The notes below the pieces were generated by a model, which worked only from the letters and a program-made list of their open reading frames with translations, made no database searches and had not been told where the DNA came from. A stretch of DNA of 64,000 nt from Utricularia gibba (taxonomy: Eukaryota; Plantae; Magnoliophyta). Below, piece after piece: positions 1 to 12,518 of this stretch. Each line of letters begins with the position of its first letter. Positions within the stretch are counted from its first letter, which is position 1. The translations under genes and the position numbers were made by a program. The DNA is taken from positions 3,844,001-3,908,000 of the forward strand of contig CM007991.1 in assembly GCA_002189035.1 (NCBI GenBank), given 5' to 3'.

Positions 1-85
1 CTCTCATTGAACGTTTCAATCTTATGTCAAAAACTTAGTCGCCCGCTGTTGTATTCTCATGGGATCATCGCTTTACACCCACGGA

Positions 86-900
86 ATGTCACAAGCGGAT
101 TCCCCAACAGGTAATTGTGTGCTTTTGATTCCACATGCTTTATCGTGATCCCTGTTTGTGGTGGGCTTGTATCATCGGAAGTGATTCTCATCCCTCCGCG
201 TGATCAGGTCGATTTGATTCGATTTTGGATTAAAATATTTTGCTTCTTTTGTTGGGTGACCCAATTTTTTCTCTATCACTGCTCGCCCACTGGTTTTATG
301 CCCGAAATCTTTGTTTTTTGCTTCGGTTTGATCGGTATTGGGTTGCATTACTTCGACGCTGTTCTTGTATTCTCTGGTTTAAAGACGCCTTCTTTTATCG
401 GGCATTGCTCGGTGTGATCCCTTCTTCAATCACGATGCCTCCTACTGACCAACTGTCTATCATTCCTCCATTTCAGAAGGCTAGTTGGGTGTTTTTCGAT
501 CCATTTGCAGAAACCAGAGAGGAACCAAACCAAACAAACCCTCTGGGCGTCATATACAAGTGAATCCGCTTCCTCATCTTTCTATCTTCCATCTTTACCG
601 CTGTGGTACGTGACACCCCATATCATCTTCCATTGATTCCAAGTACAGAAGCTCGCTTAACAAGGGGTGCATCTCATTTAGGACCAGTGTTCCCAGCAGG
701 TTTTTTACACAGGAAGACGAACTGAAACGTTGGCCTATGACCTGGGCAGGTTATGCTCAAGATCCATACCTCTTTTGCCGCAAGTGTGGAGTTCTAATTG
801 GCTATGGATACGACTTCAAGGCGCAGCAATGTCGTCTTCATCGTTTAAGAAGGTAAAGCTCCGAGCTTTACGACCTTCCGAAGGTAGCAGCAGCCCATGA
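86..900 (+). pseudogene. Degraded At4g08330/At2g17705-like small CxxC zinc-binding protein gene
   Basis: ATG at 86 (MSQAD..) with a GT donor at 111. From 601: CGT*HPISSSIDSKYRSSLNKGCISFRTSVPSRFFTQEDE..LFCRKCGVLIGYGYD, then in another frame FKKVKLRALRPS..* (898-900). These match recalled family motifs (CGSCG, KGxISF, SRFTQ, LCRKCGxxIGYGY, KIRALQPS). Lesions: TGA 611-613, the expected acceptor reads CCG instead of CAG at 598-600, and a frameshift near 815. Confidence 0.6.
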
Positions 901-1395
901 TGATGAAAATACGCTCCAACACACTGCCATTCTTTATCTATTAGTTCTGTTGACTCCGGACGAATATTTGTGTGTATAAATTTGTATTAATTAATGAAAA
1001 TATTATTAACTTAATATTAGATTATATTATATTATATTATAAATAAATTTTCCAATTTTTATTCCATGGCACTTATTATAATAATATGATATTCATTATA
1101 AATTATAATTAAAATTATTTAAAGAGATTTAAAATAAGTAAAAATATCATTATATAAAATGCAAATATAATATACACATGTAAATACGACTATTCCATCT
1201 ATTATCTTCATTTAAATTTAATTTTTACTGTATAGTAAGTGAAGTTTTATATGTTGATAAAAATATATATAATTATTTTAAATAAAATTTATTAGAGTTT
1301 ATTAAACTTAAAAATGTAATTAAAATCACTTAAAAACCAATGAATGGGATGGGGAAAAGGGCTTGAATTGAGCTTATTTAGATGTGTGAAATACA

Positions 1396-1433
1396 TGGGC
1401 CTTGGGCCCATTGTGATAGTCGTGTCTGGCCCA
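1396..1433. promoter_or_regulatory. Site II (TGGGCY) cluster upstream of REV1
   Basis: TGGGCC 1396-1401 and 1403-1408, GGCCCA 1428-1433, about 100 bp before the ATG at 1528. Site II is a known TCP-bound element. Confidence 0.55.
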
Positions 1434-1527
1434 AATGGTTTTTTGACCGTTGTATGTTACACGGCACACGAGGCAGAGTACATCCTCGCGCAGACAAAGT
1501 TCCTCAGAATCACAATCAAGCGCCAAA

Positions 1528-4500
1528 ATGGGTTCTAAATCAAGCGCCAAATCAAAAAGGAGCTTGAAGTCGGTTTCCTCTGAACCCTCTTCGTCTCAAA
1601 GTGATGGAAAAGAATCGAACAAGAAGAACAAGACCTCTCAGAGGACACTGGGGATGGCTTGGGGCGCGAATTCTCAGTCCGCATCTCGGGCCGCGTTTCG
1701 AAACTCGCCGTTTCCGGATTTTGGGAGGTTGGATATTCATTTGGTCATCTCTATCGCGTTGAATTCTGATGGTTTCTGGAGCGATTTGTTGTCCATGGTT
1801 GCATATTTCAGTAGTGACTTTATGTTATTCAGTTTTTAGTTGATTTTTTGTGCTTGATTTAGTTACATGGCTTTGAAGAATCAAAAGCTACGGGAACAAT
1901 TTGATGCGGCTGCGTCGAGCTCTTCTTGCAGTGGATCGGTCTGTGTGATGCCTATATTCGATGGGGTTTCGATCTTTGTTGATGGATATACAGTTCCTTC
2001 AAGCCAGGTTATCTTATAATTGCATATGTCATGCCCTTAATTTTGGGGCAGGATTTATGTTATATCAAATGTCTCTGTTTCTCAAAAACAAAAAACTTTA
2101 ATCTATCATAATAAATGCTATTTTTAAATGAATTATTGCATAAAAAACTTGACAAGGTTTTCTGTTTTCCTTTATGGCAAAGACATGCTCGTATCCGAGC
2201 GACTGAGCACCTTTTATCTGCAGGAGCTCAAAGGCTACATGTTGAAGTATGGAGGGCGATTTGAAAATTATTTCTCAAGGCAACGTGTTACACATATAAT
2301 ATGCAGTAATCTCCCTGACAGCAAAATCAAGAATTTGAGGTTTAGTTTTGCATATATAGATATATCTGAGCAAGTATTGTGTGGTATTTTTCCTCATCCT
2401 TCTTATAACCAATACCATTTTTTTTTACTGATGTAGGGCATTCAGTGGTGGCCTTCCGGTAGTAAAACCTGAGTGGGTTGTGGAATCCGTCGCTTGTAGT
2501 AAACTTCTTAGCTGTAAGTGTTTGTTGATGTGACACTTTTTTAGTTCAAATTTCTTGGACTGCCGTCTTTTGCACCTAAACTTTTTTTCTCGGTGATGTT
2601 ATGCAAGGGAAGACCATGTTATTCATTTTCTGCCAGATTTTCCTTACACTGTTAATTTTTCTGGAACATAACAACTTAATATGTCCGAAGGATGAAGTCC
2701 TCTAATGTTACGCATGTATTAAAGTCAATGAAAAGTTAATTGATGTGAACCTCATTTTTTTTTTTTGTTCAGGGGCTCCCTATCAGCTTGATAAACTTGT
2801 AAATGAAAGTGACAACCAAAGAAAGTTATCTGTGTTCTTCACCCGAGAACTAGACATATCATCTAAGACTGGTAATTCTCTTTCTCCAGTAAAAGTGATG
2901 CTTGGTGACCAGTCATTAGCCAAAGAGATTTCACATCCAGTGGAAGATTCTGAATCTTTGAGGCAAGCAGATATCAGTAGTGGTGTAGTCGGTGACCTTA
3001 TGACAGTTAACATGACTGAAGTGAAGCCTATTGACTCAGTTTGTTCAGTAGAAGGTTCCTGTGAACAGATCCCAGTTGAACGAAATGACTCACCTTTGGA
3101 TGAGAAGTCTTTTGATGAAAAATATAAATCTGTTGCTTCTCCAACACATTCCTTGGCTTGGAATGATCACCAAGATGACTGTTGTTTTCATGAAGCTTCG
3201 AGCTCAAAAGCCATTACTCCCTCTTCTCGACTATCCTCAACCTTTTCAGATCCCAATTTTGTTGAAAATTATTTTAAGGTTACATATCCGTTCATCTTTA
3301 TTACTTCTTTATATAGCTTCTGCTTCACAATCTTTTCAGTGTTTATTCTTTTTCTTTTTTAAATCATTTTATTGTTTTCTTCTTAATTCAAGGTGCTTTG
3401 TTTATGTCGCATGTGATTATTACTGCAACTAATTATTTTCCCTTTTGATGGGGATATAATGGCATGCATGCCTCCTGAGCAGAGTTCTAGGCTTCATTTT
3501 ATTGGTACCTGGAAGAACAGATATCGTAAACGCTTTCCTGGTTCAGGTGTCACCAAAGGCTCCTGCCTGGATATGGCTCCTTTAAAAGAGAAAGCAACAA
3601 TAATACACATAGATATGGTAAAAAGAAAAAGTTCAACCACGCAATTAAGCTATTACATATTTCATTGGTTCTGTGATATCTCCAGGATTGCTTCTTTGTT
3701 TCTGTAGTTATCAGAAACAAACCAGAACTAACAGGAAAGCCTGTGGCTGTTTGTCATTCTGATAGCCCTCGTGGTACAGCTGAAATTTCGTCTGCCAATT
3801 ATGCTGCAAGAGATTATGGTCCTTCTCGATTTCATTTTACATTTTGTATCCCTATGATATGCCTCTTTTTGATATATTGCATCTTGGCAGGTGTTAAAGC
3901 AGGAATGTTTGTGAGAGATGCCAAGATTCGGTGCCCTCATCTTGTAATTGTTCCATATGATTTTGGAGCATATGAGAAGGTTATATATCTGTTTTTTTTA
4001 ATCCATGGATTCTTTGTATCCATTTTAATCTTTTTTCTTGAGTATTTGCCTGATCACAATTTGTTACTCTGTTCAAAGGTGGCAGACCAATTTTATGACA
4101 TTTTGCATAAGCATTGCACCAAAGTTCAGGTCAGCTCGAATGTGGGGGTTGGGGGATTCATTTTAGCATTCTCATTCCAGAAATAATGGTTCTTAATACA
4201 GGCAATCAGCTGTGATGAAGCATTTCTGGATATCAGTGAATCAGAAATGACTGATCCTCAGCTTGTAGCCTCAATAATCAGAGCGGAAATCTCAGAAACT
4301 ACAGGGTGTACTGCAAGTGCCGGGATTGCTGGAAACATGCTTATGGCACGGCTAGCTACAAGAAGTGCCAAGCCTGATGGCCAATGCTATATCCCCACTG
4401 AAAAGGTAGGGATTTTGATAACTTAGAACCAAGCCCCATGGTCCATTCAGTGTTTTTGATGCATTTTATTCCTTTGTTCACTCTTTTTAATCTTCCAGCA

Positions 4501-7500
4501 CTCAGCAACATATATTTTGTCTGGTTTTTAACCCTTTATCAAATCCGTTGATGTACTAGGTTGATGCTTACTTGTGCTCACTTCCAGTGGAAGCACTTCC
4601 AGGCATTGGTCATGCCCTAGAAGGGAAGTTGGATAAAAAGAAGATTAAAACGTGTGGGCAATTGCGTTTAATCTCTAAGGTGATTCACATAATTTTGTTA
4701 TGTTTGCACAACAATGAATTTTCTCTTGATCCCTCCAATCTGCCATGTTTAGGAGTCTCTTCAAAGGGATTTCGGTAAAAGAACTGGAGAGATGTTGTGG
4801 AATTACAGTAGAGGGATTGACAACCGAATGGTGGGGTTGATTCAGGTCAGCATAAACTGCTTTGTTTTGTTTTGACCATACTAGCATTAACGTGACCTGA
4901 AAACCAACTTTGGAATTTAGCTTTTGCACGATCCTGAAGGAACCATTCTTGTGTTGCTACCTGAAATTAACAGCATCTAACCTGTGAATTGATCCTGGAT
5001 GAATTGCCAAGTGTACCTTTCCTATTTCCCCCTGTTTGTTTACCCTGATGCAGTGTAATAAAACGGCTTGTCATTGTAACTTCAGGAAAATAAATCTGTT
5101 GGTGCTGACGTAAACTGGGGAGTGCGATTCAGGAATACAGATGAGGTAGAGCTTCATGCTTAATTGTCTTATACTTTTTTTTTTTTTGACTATTTTCATG
5201 GTTTCAGATTCAGGTTTTTCTCAGAAGCCTTTGCAAGGAGGTTGCACTGCGACTGCATGGATGTGGTCTCATTGGGCGTTCTTTTACTTTAAAGGTGCTG
5301 TCTTATGTGAAAAAGAGTAGTACGGCAAAAATTTTGTCTCATCGGGCATTCTTTTACTTTAATATTTTAGCTTTCAATGCATCAATTTTTCTCAAGAATT
5401 ATGTCTCCACATCAGGTGAAAAAGAGAAGTCGTGGTGCTGGAGAACCTGTGAAGTACATGGGGTGTGGTGTCTGTGAAAATCTTAGCCACACAATAACGG
5501 TAGTATTGCTGTTGATTGCAGGATATTTGGTGTCATATATAATTTGTGAAGTCTCATTGTATGGCCGCATAATAATTTACTTATCAATAAGGATTTTGAA
5601 TTATAGATCCCTATGCCCACAGATGATGTGGACACACTCCTGAGGTTGACCACTCAGCTGTTCGGTTATTTCCAGCTAGGTACTAGTAGGCTTCGTATCT
5701 CATTTTTTCCTTGTTGTGGTTCTTTGCTTTATATACCTTTTCTCAATCTGGGTCTGGAACACTTCATCTAATGAAGCAAATGAATGAAAAACTATGTTTT
5801 CTGTGCAGTTCTGTCCCCAGACAGCTCTATCAATGCCCTTTTTCCTTCTTGATACTGGCAAACAAGTTGAATGAAATGGTAGATTACATTTCGGGAAAAC
5901 ATAAAAAAGTTTTCATCTAGATAATGAGACCTGTATAAGCTGCTCACTGGCGTGAAAAGTTCATTTTAAGATGTTTCCTAATTCCTTTGCACACTTTAGC
6001 TACCAGAAGACAGGCTCTTCAACTTGTAATTTTTTACAGTGGCTTTTTTATGCTGCTTTTTAGATCCACAAGACATCCGAGGTGTGGGTTTGCATGTCTC
6101 AAAACTTGAAGGTGGTGAGCATGGTAAAGCAGGTGGGGTTTTTTAGATTGTTTTCAACAGTTGCACCGTACAATAAGAATTGAAAGATATGCTTATTTTT
6201 ATTCAACTAAACACATCTTTTTTTTACTTCATTTGAAGCACATAAAAAAAATTCCATTCGCCCCTGGCTTTTCCCCATGCCAGCAAGGCCAACTGATCCA
6301 AGCCAAGACAATGCCATCCCCAACAATGCAAATTCATTACCTGCAAATACGTCTTTCGGCTCTGAATCTACTGCTGCCCAGCCCTCGGATCTCCCTCCTC
6401 TCGAAGATCTTGATTTGGCTATCATAGAGTCTCTACCACAAGATATCCTTTCGGAAATCAATACTGTGTATGGTGGAAAGTTGTCAGAAATGATTTCAAA
6501 AAATGTGAACCAGAGCGGTGGTACCATTCTGAATGTATCACCCACAAATGATAGAGGTAAACATCATATTTTGCTTCTCCTTTGATCTTGAGTGTGGTAA
6601 TTAAGTATTTCTGTGGAAATTTCAAGTGAATGTTGAAGGTGCCGATTGCCATGCCTGTATTGCGGGAACTGATGTTGCTAGAGGAAACATGGTATGTGTT
6701 TCTTCATAAGCCACCACAAATTTTGGTCTCAAAGTGATTAAGTATATCCTTTCTTCATCAGCATCACAATTTTCGTCTTCAAGTAAAAAAAAATCTATTT
6801 TCTTTAGTCTTACATGCATTCCAATGTTGGTCATTTATCTTGTTTGAAGCTGGTAGAAAAACCAGATATGTTTTCCGTATTTTTAATTAACCATTTCTCC
6901 CGCTGCGTTTTGGATTCAGAATAATGAGGAACCACCTGCAACTCCTGCAAGGGTAGTTTTAGCTTCACCAAAGCTTGCAATGCCCTTGTCTATGAGTCAA
7001 GTAGATCCCTCAGTTTTGCACGAGTTGCCTGATGAATTTCAAAAGGGCATCATTGAGTTTCTGCCACCACACCGAGATCCAGGACTAATAGGTTCACATC
7101 CACCGGAAGCAATTGAGGAAATAACTGCATTTACTTCATTGGGAATAAATGATCTCTGGCTTGGGAGTCCTCCAAAGTGGATTGAGAAGTTTGAAGTTAG
7201 CAAGTGCACCATTTTGAATAGTTTTTCAAGGATTTACAAGTCAGGCTGTGGTGGATGTTTGTCATCCCTACTGGAGCACATACTTTATGGGAACCAATCA
7301 TTAGACTCTACATCCGACGAATCTAGTGACAGTTTCAGCTTGGTTTGTGAGCTCTTCAAACAGTACGCAGATCTCAAAATTGCAACAGATATCGAGGAAA
7401 TTTACAGTTTCGCATGCGTCCTTAGAAGGTAAATTAAATAAAAGACCTAGCTGTTCATCGAAATGCAAGTTATATTGGCTCAATAAATTCTTGTTATTTC

Positions 7501-8079
7501 AAGTTAGTAAGTTACTGCTCACTGATTCCTTTATAACTTTTGAAATATCTGATATCAATGCCTAGATGGGGGTTTGATAGTGAACTAAAACTTAGGCCAT
7601 GTTCCTATGGTTAATTCACTTATATTGTTGAGTTTCATTCCTTTTTGTCATATATATGATCAGTTGAACATTTTTTTGTATATTTGACTCGTCCGTTCCT
7701 GTCTTTCATTTTTTATTTTTCATTACGTGTTGAATAAACTGGGCCATTATGTCCAGGTTACAAGCGAGATCCAAGTTCTTCTCGGAAGTTCACAATAGCG
7801 TACTTCCCCACATGCAGGTTTATTGCTCTTTTATTTTCATTCCCGTTGAGATTTCATCGATCAACCCCTAGCTTAAACACTGTTAAAGAGGAAAGGAAAA
7901 ACAAAGGATGAAGAACACGCACAATTTCATTTACAGTGGTGCTCTGAGAAGTTTCAATGCTTATGCATTCATTCACCTTTTTTTTTCTCTAGGATTCACT
8001 TTTTTCCGTTCTTCCACACTACTCCTTGCAGGCGTTAGTGGCTAAGAAATATGGAGGAACTCTTCATGTCCCATGTTAG
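1528..8079 (+). CDS. REV1: DNA repair protein REV1 (Y-family deoxycytidyl transferase with BRCT domain), multi-exon
   Basis: N-term KTSQRTLGMAWGANS. BRCT exons IFDGVSIFVDGYTVPSSQ / ELKGYMLKYGGRFENYFSRQRVTHIICSNLP. Catalytic SSRLHFIGTWKNRY, IIHIDM|DCFFVSV, AISCDEAFLD and VEALPGIGH. Ends KYGGTLHVPC* (TAG 8077-8079). The junctions I traced are GT-AG and in frame. Confidence 0.96.
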
Positions 8080-8915
8080 AAAAACTAATTCATTTCGTGA
8101 GGTGATATTGTCCACTTGGTCTGAGATATAGCTTTTCTGATATGGAATTTTCCTCCGGGTGAGCACCATAGATGGGGCTGGCCTTGTCAGCCCACACATG
8201 CTTCATACACGGTTCATCTGAAGGACCACAATTGCTGAATTTTTTCAGTAGGAACATGATATGCTTCATGGAGGTAAATGCTTTATGCTATTCTGTTCTC
8301 TATCCACTAGCCTAATTATCTTCTTGATTACGTAGGCAACAAGCCCTTAACATAATTCCCAGTCCTAACTTGGGTGATGTTGAAGTCTTGAAAGACTAGT
8401 TCTCATTCAGGGCACAATTCACACCGGAGCATTTATTGCAGCAAGAACAAAGTGATAAGGTATGATGTAAGTTGTAAAACCCAATTGCTGGGGTATTTTG
8501 AAATCTGACCATCATCTCTCTACTGTGTGAGAAATATGATTATCTTATATGATAAAAAATGATCTTAATGTGAGAGAGAATGGGACGATGGTTACTTTTC
8601 AAAATTATCATTTTTTTTACCACTGTGGATGTTTTCAATGTGATCTAACCGATCAAAATCCGGATTATGTGGTTCTTAAAAAAGGATGATAATTTTAAGC
8701 AATAATGATAATTATTTAGATATCATATTTTACAAAACCGGAAATTTCTTGTCCAATTAACTGGTAATTTTGTTAAAAACTGATTAATTGGTTTCAGTCG
8801 CTGGTTCACCGATGGTTTTGAAAACACAGCTGTGGATGATCGTTCAATTCCTTAAACCCAACGAGTTGCAGTCATCCTCTTCCCAACTCGTGAATGGTTT
8901 ATCCTGGCTGATGGG

Positions 8916-9128
8916 TGGGCCCACAGTTCAAAAGCCATTAATTTGGGCCTAAAGTGGAGTGAGTTTCAGCCCAATATCAGGCCCAAGTTATAAAATAAAC
9001 CTGGTTTCCTGTTTGGCAATAAGCCCGTTTATGAGGATCTCAAAAGAAATTAAAATGGGGTGTTTTGGAATTTCCTCAATGTTTGGGGACAAAAAAAACT
9101 GGAACTGTTTCGGTTTCGGTTAGGGTTT
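8916..9128. promoter_or_regulatory. Site II cluster plus telo-box, NRPB3 promoter
   Basis: TGGGCC 8916-8921 and 8944-8949, AGCCCA 8968-8973, GGCCCA 8980-8985, and telo-box TAGGGTTT 9121-9128. This is the classic pairing in growth/housekeeping promoters. Confidence 0.65.
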
Positions 9129-9177
9129 TCATAAATATAAAACCCAACCCCGATCTGGGTGAGGCGGGGAATCAACA

Positions 9178-10483
9178 ATGGACGGAGTTTCGTACCAGAG
9201 GTTTCCCAGGATCAAAATCCGGGAGCTGCAGGATAACTTCATGAAGTTCGAGTTGCGGGATACGGACTCCAGCATAGCGAATGCGCTTCGCCGCGTGATG
9301 ATCGCGGAGGTGCCCACAATCGCCATCGATTTGGTGGAAATCGAGGTTAACTCCTCGGTGCTGAACGACGAGTTCATTGCTCACCGCTTGGGATTGATTC
9401 CTCTCACAAGCGACCGTGCTATGTCGATGCGCTTCTCCAGGGACTGTGACGCCTGCGACGGGGATGGCCAGTGCGAGTACTGCTCCGTTGAGTTTCATTT
9501 GCGTGCGAAGTGCACCGATGCCAGTGCCTCGCTTGATGTTACTTCTAAGGATCTCGTCAGCTCTGACCATACCGTTCTCCCGGTTGAATATGGTGCCGAA
9601 GACAACCCCGAAAATAAGTAAGTTATGCGCTTCTTATGGCTGAATGCTGTAGCATTCAAAGATGAAAAATGCAATGTTAGCTTCATGCTTGGTGGGTTGC
9701 GTAAATCAGTAGAGTGAAGGTATTTGATGCATTGGTCTTAAAGTAAGCAGTCTTAGGCATGATGATCTTCATTCACAAAAGAAAGAAGCAGCTTCACGCC
9801 TGGCTTGCTTACATAAACGAAGCCCTTTTCCGTTCAAGTGTCTGTCCCTTTGATCATTGTTATTCAAGCATATATATGTCTTATGGTACAGGGGAATCAT
9901 TATTGTGAAACTCCGTCGAGGCCAGGAGCTCATGTTGAGAGCCATAGCAAGGAAAGGAGTTGGCAAGGATCATGCTAAGTGGTCTCCAGCAGCAACCGTG
10001 ACATTCATGTATGAACCCGACATATACATCAACGAAGAGCTCATGGAGACACTGTCCTATGAAGAGAAACTAGAGTTTATCGAAAGTAGTCCCACCAAGG
10101 TGTTTGACATTAACCCCAATACCCATCAGGTATTCTAATGCATTTGACTATATGCACGCCCACAATCCCACATCTTCTCCTGATCTGATACCACTGCATC
10201 CAATTGTTAGGTGTATGTTTATGATGCCGAGGCTTATACCTACGACGATGAAGTGTTGAAGAAAGCTGAAGCCATGCAACGGCCGGGACTGGTAGAGATC
10301 CGCGCCAAGGAAGATAGCTTCATCTTTACAGTGGAGACAAGCGGTGCGATAAAAGCTTCCCAATTGCTGCTCAACGCCATCGAAGTCCTGAAGCAGAAGC
10401 TGGATGCTGTTCGCCTATCCGCAGACACTGTGGAAGCTGACGAGCAGTTTGGAGAGCTGGGCGCCCATATGCGCGGGGGATGA
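9178..10483 (+). CDS. NRPB3: RNA polymerase II/IV/V subunit 3 (RPB3), 3 exons
   Basis: [60 protein letters not shown]; [21 protein letters not shown]; C-term [15 protein letters not shown]. Confidence 0.97.
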
Positions 10484-11247
10484 TCCCCTCTATCCTTCAG
10501 CAAGCCCTTCTTTCTATATTTTTGTTGTTCTTAGTTTCTAGGCTTTGTAGTTCTGATGTGTAGAGAAGACATGTTCATCAAGATGACTTCACTGGAATTG
10601 CAAAGGTGTGAAGCAGTGGGCGCTTATAAATGGTGCAAGAAGTAGTATAACTGAAAAAATCGGAAAATTAGTAGACGTACCATTTTTGTTTTTGTTTTTT
10701 TTGTGATTTTAGATTATTATTATTTTGTAATTCAAAATTAATTTTCATTGTTTAATTAGTTGTAAAATATAATATTATTATTTACAAAATATTCGTAAAT
10801 TTCAGTTTGTAATAATAATTTACATTTAATTCACGTGCACTTTTTTCAATATCTACAAAAATCAATTTAGAATCCTAATTGTATTGTAAGGATTGAATAT
10901 GTGTCTAGATTTAATTTTTATTAGTTTTGAAAATTATGAAATAATTAGAATTATCAATATTATGGATCCATTTTGATTGCTATTTAAAGAATATAAACAA
11001 AAAAATAACTCAAATAAAAAAATTGAGAAGTAAACATGTTGGGTATATCAAAATGTAAATACTAAATGTGTTCGATACATTAAAATATAAGGATTAAATA
11101 TATCAACCGCATATCATTCTTATTAAACATTAAGAACTAATCGTGCTAATTTTAAAAAATAGTGAGGATGTGTATGACCGAGTGCCCATATTATAACCCT
11201 CCATAAGGGTGGATTTTTGTCTTAAAATGAATAATGTTATATACTAA

Positions 11248-11471
11248 GAGTGTGTTTAGTATAGAAGATAAAGAGAGACAGTTAAATGATAAAATAAAAA
11301 CAGAATGTTTGGTAGATAGGATAAATTATATTTAGTATGATTTATCTCATAAATATAGAATAAAATAATGAAAATAGAGGAATTAAAATAAAATTATATT
11401 CATATACATTTTTTTTTACATATTCTTTTTTATTCTTAATATAATTTATTCATGTACCAAACATATTTTAA
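11248..11471. mobile_element. Possible degenerate Tourist/PIF-like MITE
   Basis: Left end GAGTGTGTTTAGTA (11248-11261, after TAA) against right end TACCAAACATATTT (11455-11468, before TTA): 10/14 inverted match, AT-rich interior. The flanking TWA triplets differ, so there is no clean TSD. Confidence 0.25.
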
Positions 11472-12518
11472 GGATATAATTTGGAAATCTTTGGAAATAA
11501 TTAATTCTTGTTTCAGCAATAGTTTCTACCTTCTAAGACATCTATTCTATTTTATTAGAAGTGAATTTATAATCATATTCATATTATTTTTATAAATAAT
11601 GATAATTTGCTTATCTTTCAAATAAAGTATAATTTTAGTATAAATCCATTTCAGTTACCTATTTGTATACAAAAATATTATAAATTTACATAATATTTTA
11701 ATAATATAAATGATTCATAAAATATAATTTTTCATTCTATTAATAACATCAAATTTGAATTGTTTTTCTAAGTGTTGTCTATTTTTGCCTATATTTTTAA
11801 TAAAGTTTTGTTGTTAATAAATTCTCTTTGACAACTTGATTTAATTAAATAAAAAAGTGAAATAATTTCATTTAAGGATAATATTTGACTTTAATTAATA
11901 TTTTTTAATAATTATATCTTTAATTATATTTTAAAAACTATTTTAGTAATAATCTTCGTTTAACAAGTGCAGCCAGCTGGCACGCAGATACTCCGTTCTC
12001 TTGTCATCGCATCCGTCAATTTCGGCCCAACTGTAAGAAATCTAACGGAGGATTTTGTAGGCACAGATAACTTGCGGTGTAGCCATGTACATGGGATTTT
12101 TTCCGTAGGAAGTGTTACTATGTCATGACCGAGGACTTGGTTTTCTAGGGTACACAAATTCTTGCGCTCTTTTCGCTCCTCTTTCTCCCGCCGTCATCCT
12201 CGGCGTTGCCGCCCTCTGGCGGTGGTTTTATTCCCCGTCCGTCGGATGTCCGGCCTATGAGCGCTTCCCTCTCCTCTCTTCATTGAAAAAAAAAAAAAGA
12301 GAAATAGGGAGTTCTCTGCGAGAAATAAGCTTGTCTTTGTTTGGGGTCAAACAAGTTTCTGTGGTATCGTTGTTGCTGTTCTGTTTCTGAAAATAAAGAG
12401 GAGAGGGAATCTATCTTGGAAAATCCAAAAAAATTGAAAACACTTCGAAAAGCAATTTTCCATTTCCACCTATCGTGTTTTTAGGGTTTTTATCAGTATT
12501 CTGAATTTTGGAGTTTAG

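Noticed and set aside
1514-1551. AATCAAGCGCCAAA repeated on both sides of the REV1 ATG (period 24)
   Set aside because: The repeat is real but only 14 bp, in a low-complexity Ser/Lys-rich N-terminus. No functional inference is supportable.
6744-6752. ATATCCTTT, a U12 AT-AC donor consensus, inside REV1
   Set aside because: It lies mid-intron between canonical GT-AG sites and no exon model needs it.
8100-8460. Moderately GC-rich stretch after REV1 with a 59-codon minus-strand frame
   Set aside because: No recognisable family or consistent splice model. Probably the REV1 3' UTR or flank.
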